Shown: positions 13,192-27,315, counted from the stretch's first letter. The stretch is DNA of 64,000 nucleotides from Ginglymostoma cirratum (GCA_024137785.1 JAHRHZ010000040.1:3662189-3726188), one strand, 5' to 3'. Made by a program: numbers and translations. The notes: a model not told the origin generated them from the letters alone.

Positions 13192-13759
13192 TATCTGCCT
13201 TCCGGAGGGACCACTCCCTCCGCGACTCCCTTGTCTGCTCCACACTCCCCTCCAGCCCCACCACACCCGGCACTTTTCCTTGTAACCGCAGGAAGTGCTA
13301 CACCTGCCCCCACACACCTCCCTCACCCCAATCCCAGGCCCCAAGAAGACTTTCCACATNNNNNNNNNNNNNNNNNNNNNNNNNNNNNNNNNNNNNNNNN
13401 NNNNNNNNNNNNNNNNNNNNNNNNNNNNNNNNNNNNNNNNNNNNNNNNNNNNNNNNNNNNNNNNNNNNNNNNNNNNNNNNNNNNNNNNNNNNNNNNNNNN
13501 NNNNNNNNNNNNNNNNNNNNNNNNNNNNNNNNNNNNNNNNNNNNNNNNNNNNNNNNNNNNNNNNNNNNNNNNNNNNNNNNNNNNNNNNNNNNNNNNNNNN
13601 NNNNNNNNNNNNNNNNNNNNNNNNNNNNNNNNNNNNNNNNNNNNNNNNNNNNNNNNNNNNNNNNNNNNNNNNNNNNNNNNNNNNNNNNNNNNNNNNNNNN
13701 NNNNNNNNNNNNNNNNNNNNNNNNNNNNNNNNNNNNNNNNNNNNNNNNNNNNNNNNNNN
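13192..13759 (+). mobile_element. Penelope-like insertion spanning the assembly gap
   Basis: 13192-13359 reads RRDHSLRDSLVCSTLP...FPCNRRKCYTCPH (PLE linker). AACAGGATGTT is repeated at 13181-13191 and 13760-13770 (TSD). Confidence 0.8.
13360..13759. other. Assembly gap (400 N)
   Basis: Run of n characters. Confidence 1.
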
Positions 13760-15585
13760 AACAGGATGTTGCTGACTGTTGGTCTATGTTCAAATCAGGA
13801 TTGGGTGTTACTTGGAGGACAAGTTGAAGGTCATGTTCTTATTGCCTTTGTCTTTCTAATGTCAGAGATTGTGTTTCAGAGGAGCTATTCTGAGTGCTGT
13901 TAAAATGAGCTTCCATTGGCAAAGGCCCTTTTATTGCCTGACTCCCGCTTGAACACTGAAGCTAGATCTGTGGAAAGATACTTCAGTTATAAAAGAGGAG
14001 AAAATTTGTATTTGTTTTTGGGGGCTTGACCCTGTTCCCCAAGTTTTGTCAAAGCAGGACATTTCTCCTTGAGAATCTGGAAATGAATCTGTTGCATTGT
14101 CTGAGTTATTTGCTGAAAGTAGCAACTGTGTTCTGTTCATCGAAAAGCAGAATTCAAACCTGTGCAGCATTGTAGATGATCTGTGATTTGTTTCAACTGT
14201 ACTTAATATGGACAACGTGATGACCCTCTCATTCTCCCTCTAAGTTGAATACTGACTTATCAAGCTCCATTCTGAAGGGATTCTATGACTGGGACAGATT
14301 GGACAGATGAGTCACAGCCAGGTCAGAGTATCAGGCAGATTCTCCTTTGTAAAGAAAAGGGGTTAGTGTGGACTCGGTGGGCCAAATGGCCTGCCCCCAT
14401 ACTGTGCGGATTCTGTGTCAAGTGTCTGCCAAGTTGAAATCTAGTACAAAACCTCTGGAAATAGAAATTGCAAACATCTGCATTCAGATTAGAAAGCGTG
14501 AGAAGAGGTTGTACTGGAGCATGATCTGATTGGCTCAAATGGCCTGTTTTTGAATCATTTAACTCCAAATAAAATGGTCCATCAAAAGAAAATGAAGTCA
14601 GTTCTAACTTTGGGGATTCTGTTAATAGTTGAGAATGCAAAAGTTTCTTCACTTAAATATTTTGTTTATCACTGAGCTCCACGTGATCTTTAAAAGAGCA
14701 ATACACAAGGAGAGTAATACTGTTTATCAATGTTGATTCAAATATTAAATAATGTTAGAGTAGTGTGCTGCTATTCCTGGAGTTAACTTCTACGAAAGTA
14801 TGCAAAATTTCCCAATTTACCTGATATTTAGACTCCAGTATGAAAAAATGGACCAGCTTTCTGTACTGAACAAGAATTACTATTTATAACAAATAAATAG
14901 ATTCTAGTTAAGGTGAACAGCTTCGAATTGCTGATATGAACTACACCTTTAAACTTTAAACTTTAACACCTTTATAAAAGATCCCCTTCACAAATGTAGA
15001 AAGAGACCATAAAACTAAAGACATGAATGGTATGGGCAAAGGGCAAGACTGGGAAAGAAGCTTTAATGGTCCCTGTCCACTGTTTGCTGAGAATTTGCTT
15101 GGCTTGATGGACTTGCTCCTCCAATCTTTTGTCTCTGGGTGCATTCACTGGCTTGCAGGAGGCATGGAGCGACTGGTTCACATTTATGAAGTCTCTAAGA
15201 TACTGGTTAAAAGTCATAGCTTACAGTGACTGTTGAGGAAAACTGGTTTTCTTTGGTTTAAAAAAAAAAATTAAGTCCCATAGTGGTAAAACTGCTCCTT
15301 CTATTCTGGCCAAACATTCTCACCCACAAATTGTTCAGCTAGCTGTGAGTTAATCATAGCTTTTGATAGGCCGAAGGCCTTTGTCATTGGCCTGGAAATG
15401 GTGATCAGTTGTCAACCAGCTACTTGTTTCTGGACGCAACTCATTTTGTGCATACTCCTTGGTGCCAGTCTGTAACTAAACCTCCCCCATTACTTGAGCA
15501 AGCCCGGCAAGCAGGATAAATGCTTAAAATGATTGGCAGTGAAGGTAAAGTTGCTATAATCTTACTAGACCATGAGGCTGATCTC

Positions 15586-15716
15586 AGGCCTGGATCCTCC
15601 TTTAGTCCTGATGAAGGGTCCAGGCCCGGAACACCGACTTTCCTGCTCCTTTGCTGTGTTCCTCCAGCTCCACGCTGTATTGACTCTGACTCCAGCACCT
15701 GCAGTTCTTGCCATTT
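15586..15716 (+). mobile_element. Short Penelope terminal-repeat insertion, mutated hammerhead, inverted 5' piece
   Basis: 16-bp TSD CCATGAGGCTGATCTC (15570-85, 15717-32); AGTC-CTGATGA-AGGGTCCAGGCCC-GGAAC-ACC-GACT. Confidence 0.85.
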
Positions 15717-17759
15717 CCATGAGGCTGATCTCTCCTTAGAGGCAGAGGCTGAGAAAGAGTCCTTCGTGGTGACTTCAACCAGTGCAGGAGGTGAACCCAC
15801 GTCGCTGGCATGACTCTGCATTGTAAACCAGCCGTCCAGTCAACTGAGCTAACTGATCCCTTGCTGGTGGTAACCTGCCTTTAAAATCCCTTCCACTGTT
15901 CTTGGTTTTTAAAACTGTCCTTTTTTTGTTTTTCTCAGTTCAGTCCACAATCGAGAATACAAATTGAGAATACTCGTTTGGTGATGAGCTAGGTAGAGGA
16001 AAGCTGCTTCCTGTCCACGAGGACCACCCACCTCCTTACCTGAAAAGCTGGGTACTAGCTTCCATTTCTGTTGCTCAAGAAATCAGAGGGTGTGGTAGCT
16101 CCTAGATTGCAGTGTTTGAAGTGGTACGCAGCTAGGCTTTAAATATGGTAGCAGCAGCTTGTGCGTAGGAATATCGCCACCTGTTCGATTTATGAGGAGG
16201 ATGACCATGAGATTTGTGGTGAGAAGTGGAAGATAGTGTGAGAAAAGTCGCTGTCAGCCAGACTGAACACTTCACACGAAATTCCCTGAACCAAAACATG
16301 AGGAAATCTAGCCCACCCTTCCAGAATGTTCCCAGAAGGGAACATTAATCCTATTAGCATCCACCTTCTGATTTAGTTATCAAATAAAAGTTTGTGACAA
16401 ATAAGATTTTAAAAGTTCTATTCTACTTTAAGTAGAATAGCTTTTGAACTTGGGAACTGTATTGTTCACACAGCAAGATCCAACAAATACCATTGTGATT
16501 TAGAGATAAACGTTGGCCAGTATGCAAGTGAAATTCTCGGTGTTCCTTCAAGTAGTGATGGTATCTGTTGAATAGGACAGATGGGAGTCAACCTAAAACG
16601 GTGAATAAATTGCTATTTTGGACACTTTCCTATTCTGTTTTGAATGCAAGAAATTTGTGAATTATTCTAGGTTAATTCATCTTTGTTTTTGTTGGTATAC
16701 AGTAGCGATTTGAGTGAGAACCTTTCCTGTGAGCACTATGTAGTTTTCACGGATTTTGAGGCCAAATTGGATGACTCAACCAATAATTAGCTCTGCAATT
16801 TGTAAATGGTACAGTGATTTGTTGCAGATGTTTTCACCCCTCATTGAGCTGAACTGGCTGTTGATCACTGTAATATAAAGAAGCACCACTGGTAGTTGAA
16901 GCTAAGTGGATGTTCCGGAGAAGATGTAAATCGGAAAGGAGATTTCCCAAACTTCAAGTTTGTTGACCTTGTGTTGAGAGCCCAGTACAGTGTCTGTATC
17001 ATGAAATTCTGAAGAATTACCAAATTGTTCTTTGTATGTTGCCATTGCCATCATTTGATCTCCATTTTATCAGTTGCCAAATGAAAATTGAATTGAAATA
17101 GATTAGAGCATTTTGGAAGAATGTATCTTTTAAACTCCTCAAATATAGTTCAGTAAATATGACTACTTTCAGAACAGGATACACAGACAATTCTGAAGTG
17201 TAACTTAGCACTTGATTTCGTATTTTCTCTTTGAAATATTATTGATTTTTACCAGACAAATTATGAAACGTTTCCATGTAATTTATTAACTTTTAATCAC
17301 TTATTTTGTAAGGTATAACATGTTACAATTTATGTATGAATGTCCTGAACATACCGTAGGCAGGGTGTTGACTTTTGGGTCAGACTCCAACCTCTTAGGT
17401 CACAAGCTCACAATCTCCTGAACCTCACGGACTTTCCCTAAACAGATCAATTTAACATGTGGATGGTGGCCTTGCCGTCCAAGTACAAAGAGCAGTAGGA
17501 TCTATGGAGGTCCTACAGTTAGAAAAGCATTGACTTTGTATGCCTTCTGCTGGGAAGGGCCGAGTGTGGCAGGTTTGTCCAGGTTGTTCAGATTTGGCAT
17601 GCCTTTCCAAAATTTGAACCGTACAGGATTTTGGTGAAGGCCTGTCCTAATTATTATAAGCTAAACAAGTGTTAAACTACAGAATAGAACCTCTTGTGCG
17701 CTCTCCGTCACATCCTCTCTTGTATGCTATTGGAACCATCTGGGTTACAGGGCTTAGAG

Positions 17760-18232
17760 TCATAGATTCGTACAGCATGGGAACGGACCCTTCGGTCTAA
17801 CTTGTCCACACTGACCCGACATCCCAATCTGACCTTGTCCCATTTGCCAGCACTTGGTCTGTTTCCCTCCTAAACTCATCCTATTCATGTACCCATCCAG
17901 ATGCCGTTTAAATGTTGTAATTGTACTGGCCTCCTCCACTTCCACTTCCTCTGGCAGCTCGTTCCATAAACACACTACCATCTGCGCGGAAAGGTTGCCC
18001 CTCAGGTCCCCCTTTTAAGTCTTCCCCTCTCCTTAAATCTATGCCCTGTATTTTTGGTCTCCCCTATCCAGGAAAAAGATCTTGGCTATTCACCCCATCC
18101 GTGCCCTCGTGATTTGTTATAAACCTCTAAGGTCACCTGCAACTTCTGACGCTCCAGGGAAAATAGCCCCAGTCTAATCAGCCTGTGCTAGAACTCAACC
18201 TCTTCTAGTGCCGACAACATCCTTGTAAATCG
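17760..18232 (-). mobile_element. CR1 (HER1-like) LINE 3' end
   Basis: ORF track: VVCLWNELPEEV...TITTFKRHLDGYMNR. Confidence 0.85.
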
Positions 18233-18780
18233 TTCCTTTTCCTGCTATAGTGAAGTGTGTGGTTGTAATACATTTTTGCAAGTGGGTTGTTGTATATGTA
18301 CAGGGAGGGTAGAGGTATAGGTCATTGATCCCCACCTGAAATCTGTAACAGTTTTGAGCTCTGCAACATGATGGAGATGGAGCAAAGACTGGAGGGAGGG
18401 AAATCCTGTTTGATCAGTTAGTCTCACGTCCGGACTGCCTGCATTAAGCCGAATACTACAATTATGGAGGTGAATTTTACCTGCTGTGTGCCTTAGTGCA
18501 CCAGCACATTGTGACTGCTGTCCTGAAAACAAGCTGACAACCTTTCAGCCCTTTTTTTTTTATTTAGGGTTGATGTTTGAAAAAAGCGATCAACTCAAAC
18601 TTTCAAGCAGGGTCTTGTATGTCTGAATAATTTTGTTTAATTTTACATTAAACAGCAGGCTACTGTATTAAGTGGTTTATTTGGCCCATTAAATGATAAA
18701 CCGTGTTCTGTATATATACATGTTTCACTGCTGAGTCTGTGTCTCAGTTAATTATCAGAGATCAAACTGCTAACAAGAAG

Positions 18781-19401
18781 TGTACTCAGGACCAGACTAA
18801 ACCCCTCAATATTCAGAAGATAGTCTAGACCCTAACTTTCTTTTTATTTTAAAGATCAATGTCGTAAGGTGTTGTATTCCAGATGCAATTTGATTGGTCA
18901 AACTACCAGATTTAAAACAAAACACACTTTATTCATCTGCTATAGTTAAAATACAACAAAACAAAGGAAGTGGAATAACTCTATTAAAAAAATTAGCAGA
19001 ATAAAAGATAAAGTAACTATTACTAATTAACTGTTCCAACAAAGTAACATTCCATAAAAAACACCTTTTTGGCAAAAGTCAAGTTCAGAACGCAGATTGC
19101 GTCTCATGCATCTACCGTAGCAGGCAGAGAACCCCAGCTTGGCTGTAACCGAGAGACGGCGGGGGGGATAAAATAGTTTTCACCTCTTCAAGACCCCAAC
19201 AGCAACTGCTGAAAACTAAAGATCCTGGTTCTGTGGATGGGCGCTTGACCACACCCATTCAGGTTGCTTCTGTTGTTACAACATAAACAACTTGTGAAGC
19301 CTTGGGTAATCTTCTCATTAAACTGCTCATCGCCTGTCCTCCAGCTTCTCTCTAAAAGTAACCTGGACAAAACACTTCCAAAAGCCCGCTGTAGTGTCAC
19401 A
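18781..19401 (-). mobile_element. Candidate solo LTR
   Basis: TGT...ACA termini (minus strand starts TGTGAC); AATAAA on the minus strand at ~18930; TSD not convincing. Confidence 0.4.
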
Positions 19402-21959
19402 CGAGCAATGACTTTCTGATGAATTGACATTTGCCTATATGTTGTCCTGTTTGGAAGTTATGGATTCAACACTATCTTCAATTAACAATTTCTCCAACAA
19501 TGGATTTTTGTGCAGTATTCGTTTTTCTCTTGGTCTTAAAACTGGTGAATCTGTTTTTCACAAATGAAGCCTATTTGTATTTCTTTTTTCCCGTCCTTTG
19601 CTATGGTAAATATTGTGTTTTCCACAGGCAAAACATTTCTCATGAGAGTAGTGGAGCTGTATTAATGGTAGCCAGGTTTACTAGTGTGGTAAACCCAATA
19701 AGCTGCATGGGGAAATACTAATTGATCTCCCAGTGAAATCCATTGAGTAAGAGTTCCCTTCCCAATGGTCTGCTCAGGTGGAACTCCTCATTGAACATGT
19801 TTTTTAAAAAGCAGACCCTCTAAAGGAATTTTTTTAAAAAAGTAGATCCTCTGAGCTCTGTGGCACAGTGATATAGTGTCTCTGCCTCTGAGCTAGGCAT
19901 CCCAGTTGCAAGTTCCACCTTCACCGGCATTATCATAAGATCCGTGAACAGGTTGACCATAAAATGTAAAAAGCAATCCCACCTGGTGGGTGGTTGTAAA
20001 CAAAAAAACACACTTTCAGGGACATGGTGGTCTACTGGTGGTATTGCGTGTGTTAATTCAGAGCTAGTTAATGTTCTGGAACAGAGATTCAACTCTCTTT
20101 CCTGTGTTGTGTATAACTGTAGGATGTGTCATCAGTTGTAGCAGCTCAAACTCAGTATTTTGAAGCTTTACCAGCAGTAGGGAGGCCAGTACTTCAGTGC
20201 TGAAGCATTTGTAACAATCTTCAGTGAGAAAAGCTGTGAATGATCCAACTCTCATCTTCCAGTGGTCCCCAGCAGCACAGATGCCAGTCTTCAAGTTACG
20301 TGGAATGACTTGAACATCAAGAAATAGTTGGAAGCACTGGGTACTGCCAAAGGCTATGGGCTCTGACAACATTCCAGCAATCATACTGTCTCTCAATGTT
20401 CTTTAAACAAGCTGTTCCAGTACTTTTAAGATCTCCCCTCATTCTTCTGAATTCCAGTCAACTCAGTCTGTCCTCATAATCTCAACTCTGTCGACAAGAT
20501 GAACTGCAGAAATTCACCAGGGCTTTTTAGATAAGCTCTTCCAACATGACCACTGCAATCGAGAAGGACAAGGGTCAGTAATACAAGGGGATGGCGTTAC
20601 CTGCACACCATTCACCGTCCTAAATTGAATTGGAAATATGTTGTTACCATAATCCTGGAACTATCTGCATAATGCATGGTGCTTCTACCCACACCAAATG
20701 GACTGGAGTGGTTCAAGAAGATGACTTATTGCCACTTTCTAAGGGTGGCTGATAGATGCTGGTCCAGCCAGCAACACTCACATCTAATGAGTGAATAAAA
20801 ACTATACAGTTGATCATATGTACAAAGAACAGACTAGTACAGGAACAGGCCGTAGACATTTTATGGCCCTCTTTAGCTCTCAATTTCTTGTTTGAGTTCT
20901 TTCCTACTATCTTTGTATTCTTAACGCATCTGCATGTCTTCACTTTCCTAAACCCAAACCTTGCGTACGCCTTTTTTTTGACTAAGCTCTCAGTTTCTCT
21001 TGTCATCCAAAGTCCTTGAATATTGCCATCCTTTTCCTTCATTTTCATAGGAGCATGCTGGTCCTGAACTCTATTCACCTGGCCTTTCAAAAGATCCCCG
21101 TGTGCTTGATATGGCTTTACCTTCAAACATCTGCCCCTAGTCTACCTTCCCTAGTTCTTGTCTAATATTGTGGTACTGCATTACAGGGTTGGGAGGGTTC
21201 TTTTATGTTGGCAGCCTTTCCGTGGCAACAAGAAGTGTAAGTGGAGTCTATGGATGGGAGGTTGACTTCTTTGAAGGACTGGGCCGTGCAGACAACTTTT
21301 TGTCGTTCCTGGGCCAAGCAGTTGCTGTATCAGGCCGTTATGGACCTGGATAGAATGGTGCATCTCTAAAAGTTGGTGAGGGTCCTTTATGCTGAGTTTG
21401 CTAAGCCACCTGAGGATGAAGAGACAGAGCTGCCTTGATCATTACATCTACGTGGGAGGTCCAGGATAAATTTGTTGGTTATTGTCACTTTTAGGAACTT
21501 AATGCTGTCTTTTATGTCCCCCTCTATCTCACCTGAAACAGTAAATTCCAGAACGTTAAGCTGCCAATCTTTTTCCTCTTGCAACCAAGCCTGTGTAATA
21601 GCTGTAACGTATTTGTGTATTAATCCAAGCTCTCAATTCATCTGCCCTACCTATGTAGTTCAGGAGAGCACTTTTATTTTAGGAGCATAGTTTGTCTAAT
21701 TATTGAAAAGAAAGCTTGCAATTCATGCCCTTGTCAGTTATGTGGCTTATGTTTTGTAATAGAATATGTTGTCGTTTCAGCTTTTGCACCTTCATTCTAA
21801 AGTTTACAGTTGTCATATGTTATCTGCAAATGAAATTTGCATTTCTCTTGTACATTTTACATGAAGCAATGGAGAATTTACATGTTATCCAACTAACTCT
21901 GATCATTAGTCTACAACTAGCATTTTGTTTGACAACGCGAGGCACACTATATTTATGTT

Positions 21960-23730
21960 CAGAGCCCAACAGCATGGAAACAGACCCTTTGGCATAATTT
22001 GTCAATGCCGACCAGGTTTCCGAGCTTGAGCTAGTCTCAGCTGCCTGAGTTGGTCATATCTGGCAATCTCTCTCTATTGATTGTATCTGTCCAGATGCCT
22101 TTTTAAATGTTGTGGTTTGTATCTGCCTCTACCACTTCCTCTGGCAGCTCGTTCCATACACTCACCACTGTCTGCGTGAAAATATTACCCCTCAGATTCC
22201 TTTTAAATCTTTCCCCTCTCACCCTAAGCTTCTAACCTCTAGTTTTGGACTCCTACCCTACACAAAAGACTTTGGCTATTGACCATATCTATAGTCCTCA
22301 AGATTTTCTAAACTTCTGTAAGATCATCTCTGAGCCTCTTACGTTGCCGGGGGAAAATGTCCCAGCCTATCCTGCCTCCTCTTATAATGCAAATCTTCTG
22401 GACTTGGTCACATTATTGTAGATTTTTTTTTGCACACTTTTTTTTTCCAGTTTAATAACATCCTTCCTACGGCAGGGTGGCCAGAATTGTATGCAATACT
22501 CCAAATATGGCCTTAGCAATGTCTTGTACAGCTATAACACGACATCCCAACTCCTGTGTTCAGTGATCTGACTGAAGAAGGCAATTATATCAAATGCTGC
22601 CTTCACCACCCTGTCTACCTGTGATACCACTTTGCAGGAACAATGTACCTGCACTCCTATTCTCTCTGTTGAATGATATTACCCAGGTCCTGAAAATTTA
22701 CTATACAAGTCCTGCCCTGGTTTGTCTTAGCAAAGTTTAACATTTCATTTATCTAATTAAACTCTACCTGCTGCTACTCAGCCCATTGGCCCAGTTGATC
22801 AAGTTCCCTAGTGTACTCTTCAGTAACTTTTTTTTTCACTGTCCACTATACTACCACTTCTGGGATCATCCATTAACTTACTAACTGTTCCTCCCATATT
22901 CTCATCCAAATCATTTTTATATAAATGACAAACAGTGGACCCAGCGTTGATCTTTGCGGAGCACAGCTGGACATAGGCATCCAGTCTGAACAACAACCCT
23001 CTATTACTGCCCTTTGTCTCCTACTGATAAACCAATTTGTATCCAATTGGGTCCTCCCCCTGGATCCCATGTGATCTAACCTTACCAACTAGTCTACCAT
23101 GTGAAACCTTGTCAAAGGACTTGCTAAAGTCTGTGTAGACAACATCTATCTCTTGGTCACCTCTTCCAAAAAAAAAAACTCAATGCATTTTGTGAGGCAT
23201 GATTTCCCATGCACAAAACCTTGCTCACTCTTCCTAATCAGTCCTTGCCTTTCCAAATACATCTAGATCCTATCTCCTGGAATATGCTCCAACAACTTAC
23301 CCACCACTGAGGTCAGGCTCACCGTTCTGTAGTTCCTGGTTTTTCCTCACAGCCGTTCTTAAATTGTAGCACAATGTTAGCCAACCTCTAGTCTTCAGAC
23401 ACCTCGCCACATGTGGCTGTCAGTGATATAAGTGTATTGCTGCTAGGTGCCCTGTTGTTTCTTCCAGAGCTTCCCACAATGTCCTGGGGATTTATCTAAC
23501 TTTTTTTTTTGTGTTTTAAGACCTCCAGCACCTCTTCTGTAATATCTACTCTTTTCAAGACATCTCTATTTATTTCCGAGTTTCTTAGCTTCCAAGTCTT
23601 TCTCCACATAAATACAGATGCAAAGTATTCATTTCGGATCTCGCCCATCTCCTGTGGTTCCACACATTGATAACCTTGTTGATCTTTAAGGGGTCCTGTC
23701 CTTGCCCTAATAACTCTAGTCCTTTTCACA
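21960..23730 (-). mobile_element. CR1 LINE ORF2 (RT to 3' end), decayed
   Basis: GPLKDQQG..CVEPQEMGEI.NEYFASVF; RRQRAVIEGCCSDW...PQRSTLGPL. Confidence 0.9.
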
Positions 23731-26519
23731 GGATGGATTTGGTGCTGAGGTATACGGCTAATGCCTAATTGTGCGTGTGTGCATGCATTTTATGGCATGC
23801 TGTTGGCATATGTAAGAAAACATGGAAGTATGACTTTGGATGTAGTTTTTAATACTTTCTAATGATGAACTAGAAAATACACATGCTCTTGCATTTTAAG
23901 TCTCAAATGCATGGACAAACAGGTCCTTCTGATTTGACTTGGCAAACTATTTTTGAGGCAGCACCTCTGATTACAATAGTTTCCCCTTTCTTCTCGCATT
24001 CTTGCCGAAAATAATGCAAATAAAGACCTTTTTGAATAATGGTTATTTTCATAAATGACACTGCAGATCTGACAGGTTTAATTTTGCCTTCGGTGAAAAT
24101 TTTCCTTTTGAAATATTTAGCTACAGCTCTGAGATCATCATCGAGCCTGAGGGATATGTTACATTTTGTGCTAAGTTTTTGCCAAATTTGCAATATTGTA
24201 CCTTCCTGAAGAAGCTGTTTGATATAAGATAGGGATAGACTATTTTACATTTTCATCTGTTTATTTTGACACGTGTTCAAATTTATTGCAGATGTTCAGT
24301 ATTTTGTGTCAATGTTGAACAAAGTGGAGCTTCATTTCCTTGTGTTTTTCTTTTTTAACCTATTCAGCATTGTTAATTATTTTAGAAGTTTTAAACAATT
24401 CTAATACTCTGGCTGTATTGAATAAATACTTTAAATTCAAGAAAATAAAACTGATATCCTATTTTGTAGTAATTTTTATCAATAAAATCTCTTGTGAACC
24501 AGCATTTATTCTTCCCCAAGTGAAGCAGGTAGTTAGTGCTGCAGTTTTGGTTTGATTACTGGCCACTAAAATCCCTCATTCTGTCTCTGCTGTAATGTGT
24601 TGGGAAATGGAATATGGGAAAGAGTGGGAAGGCTGCTTTCTTAAAATCAAAGTTGGTGAACTGGCAGGACAAGAGTGGTGAGGGTATATCTTTTGGGGAA
24701 AGGGGTGGGACCATGGGAGCATTTGAGCCAAGCTAAGATTATGCATCAGTTTGTGTCTCCATTTACTCCTCAAATCCATCCATGGCCTAGCTCACCCACC
24801 CCACTGTGGTGCCTGATCCCTCTTTACTCCAAAAGGTTTGTCTCTGATATCTCTGATACTACTTAGTGAGCTTTCTAGCTGTTTTTTGAGTTTTCACTTG
24901 CTGTTGTGATGTCTCTCAGTTTTGAAAGTCCAATCACGTCTAATCTTTATTATTTCAAAACTTTCTAAGCTTGATCATGCATAATCTGACATTTTTTGAA
25001 ATTCATACTGACTGTTCATTCGTTTTGACTTCTCAATGTTTTTTTATTGCATTCTTGAGAAAAGAGTCCATTATTTCTACTGAATAGTTGTTGTATTTCC
25101 CATATTTAAAAAAAAAGGAAGAGTATTAGCTGTTTGGCAGCCCTCTTTCAATTTGTGTGTATCTCCTTTATAATTGTGCCTTTGAGTTATTTTTGAACTT
25201 AGATCATACCAATGCATATTAAAATATCTGGATCATGAATTTATTTTGGTTTGGTATTGTTGTCTCTATCCTTTTTTCTATTTTGCCTATACTTTTAGAA
25301 CTTTTTTTGAATGCCATTTGTAACTTGTTAACCTTCCTGGTAAGTGCAGAGCCAAAAGATTTGCTCAGCATGTCTTTTGCTGCTTTTTGTTTTTTTTTTT
25401 TTTTAAATCCTCATGGAACCAAACAGTCTTAAGGAAAGTAATTAACAAAGCACATCTGAGTAGACATACAGTACAAAAGTAATGAATTAATGTTGCCTTT
25501 TGATACTACAACCTTCCCAGCTCAATAACAGATGTGTTCAAAAGTCTGGAATCTCTTCAACCATTTGTATTGACATAAAGTAGCATTTCAGTGTAGAGAA
25601 ACAGAACAGGCTATATTTTGAATAGCCTGTCAAAGAAAATGTATTTGATAAGCTGATAGGCATGCATGTTGGCTATATACTCAGTAACTTAGCCACGAAG
25701 CAGAAAATAATCTTATTCAGACATTCCAGGGAAACAGCTGGCTGAAGACTTATTTCTAAAATTTGGATTTACCCGATTATAAAATCATATACAATAACCA
25801 CAACTGCTTATGTTGGTCACAGTTTGAAAATTTGGATGGACTGACCAGCTCTATACACAGATCAAACTCTCCATTTTACTTTCCTTTCCACGGCACTCAG
25901 GAGAAACACACAATTTTGTTTGTCTAGAATTATTTGCTGTCTCCTGTTTTTGGTAATTTAAAGCCAGATGTTCTGAATTCTATTGAATGATATTCTCATA
26001 GATTTATTTTGTGTGAAATCTAGTTGTTTAAAGTACTACTGGTACATTCTGGGGACAATATAATTCCATTGAAGATGAAAGTATTAAATCACAAGGATGG
26101 AAACCAAATTTTTATAGAAAAATAATCACACACCAGCCCCCGCCCGGCGTCGCCGCGCGGGCCCCCCCCCCACCATCAAGTCTAGAAACAGATCCGTTGC
26201 ATCTCCAGGCTAGTGAAATGAAGTGTTACATTACCAGCATTAAAGACTTTTTGGACCATCTTAAAGTTCATAATGTGCAGATATATGCTTCATAAACTGC
26301 CTGTAATTGAGTGAGTATTTACTGGATGACCATTTTCAGGTCAGTGGATTGGCAGCTAAATCAAGAGAAATTTTTTAGAGAAATTATTCATTGGTTTAGT
26401 TGGCATGTTTAACATGTTTGTTTAACATATTTTTGTTTAAAAAGGGTGTCTTGTGTTGTGTAGTTTACTTTTCTACAATTAAGCTAACTTTTCTGAATAT
26501 CCAGCAGTTTGTGACTTTT

Positions 26520-26710
26520 TGGCCTTGACTCTGGTCATACCTCTGCCTATGAATCAGAAGATTGTGTGTCTGGGACCTATTGCAGAGACTTGAACACAAT
26601 CCTTACTGATGGTTTTCATCCTTGTTAGAAGTGCTGTCTTTTATTAATGACAGGTTATGATGAAATCTCCTCTGCCTTCTCAAGTGGATGTTAAGATCCC
26701 ATGCCATGGA
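26520..26710 (+). mobile_element. Diverged Deu-domain (SacSINE1/AmnSINE-like) SINE
   Basis: GAATCAGAAGATTGTG...AGAGACTTGAACAC...TCTGCCTTCTCAAGTGGATGTTAAGATCCCATG resembles the Deu core as recalled from memory. Confidence 0.55.
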
Positions 26711-27315
26711 TTCTGTTTTGGTATGGATTGCTCCTTCACAGTTTTTGAGTTGGTTGTTTTAATAAATGTTCATGGCTTTCGTTAGAAATGATTCAGTTGC
26801 TTTCCCTCTAAATAATTGGATACATTGAGCACCTCTTCATTTCTGATCTATTGCAGTCTCGCCTGATGGATACAAAATTCTAACATATAAGGGGGGAGTC
26901 TGCTGTTCATAGTGAAATATCACACCTTGAGCAGAAAACTTATTTGCTGCTGTCCCAACAGTGGATTTAGACTGTGTCATAGAACTGGGTGTGTTTATTT
27001 TAAGGCCAGAATTTATAATTGCTGTAATTGTTTAAAATAAATGCGCAAATTATTTGTAGGTTAAGCTGTAGATTGGAATGCTATCTTTGGATCAAGGAAT
27101 TTTTAGCTGGATCATGTGGTGCCAGGACCTTCCTCGCAGGCAGGGAGGTAGATGACACCCGCAGGACTGAATTTTGAATCTGCTGTAAAGGGAGCCATAC
27201 ATAAGAGACAACACTTGAGCCACTAAAAACATGGGCCCTACAATTCCTGTTCCTCATTGCACTGTTGACTTGGCTGGACAGACGTTGTAACAAAGCAGAG
27301 TTGAACAGAAATCTC

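Noticed and set aside
13231-13903. Long ORFs (198, 202, 156 aa) in the track
   Set aside because: Artefacts of translating the 400-N gap.
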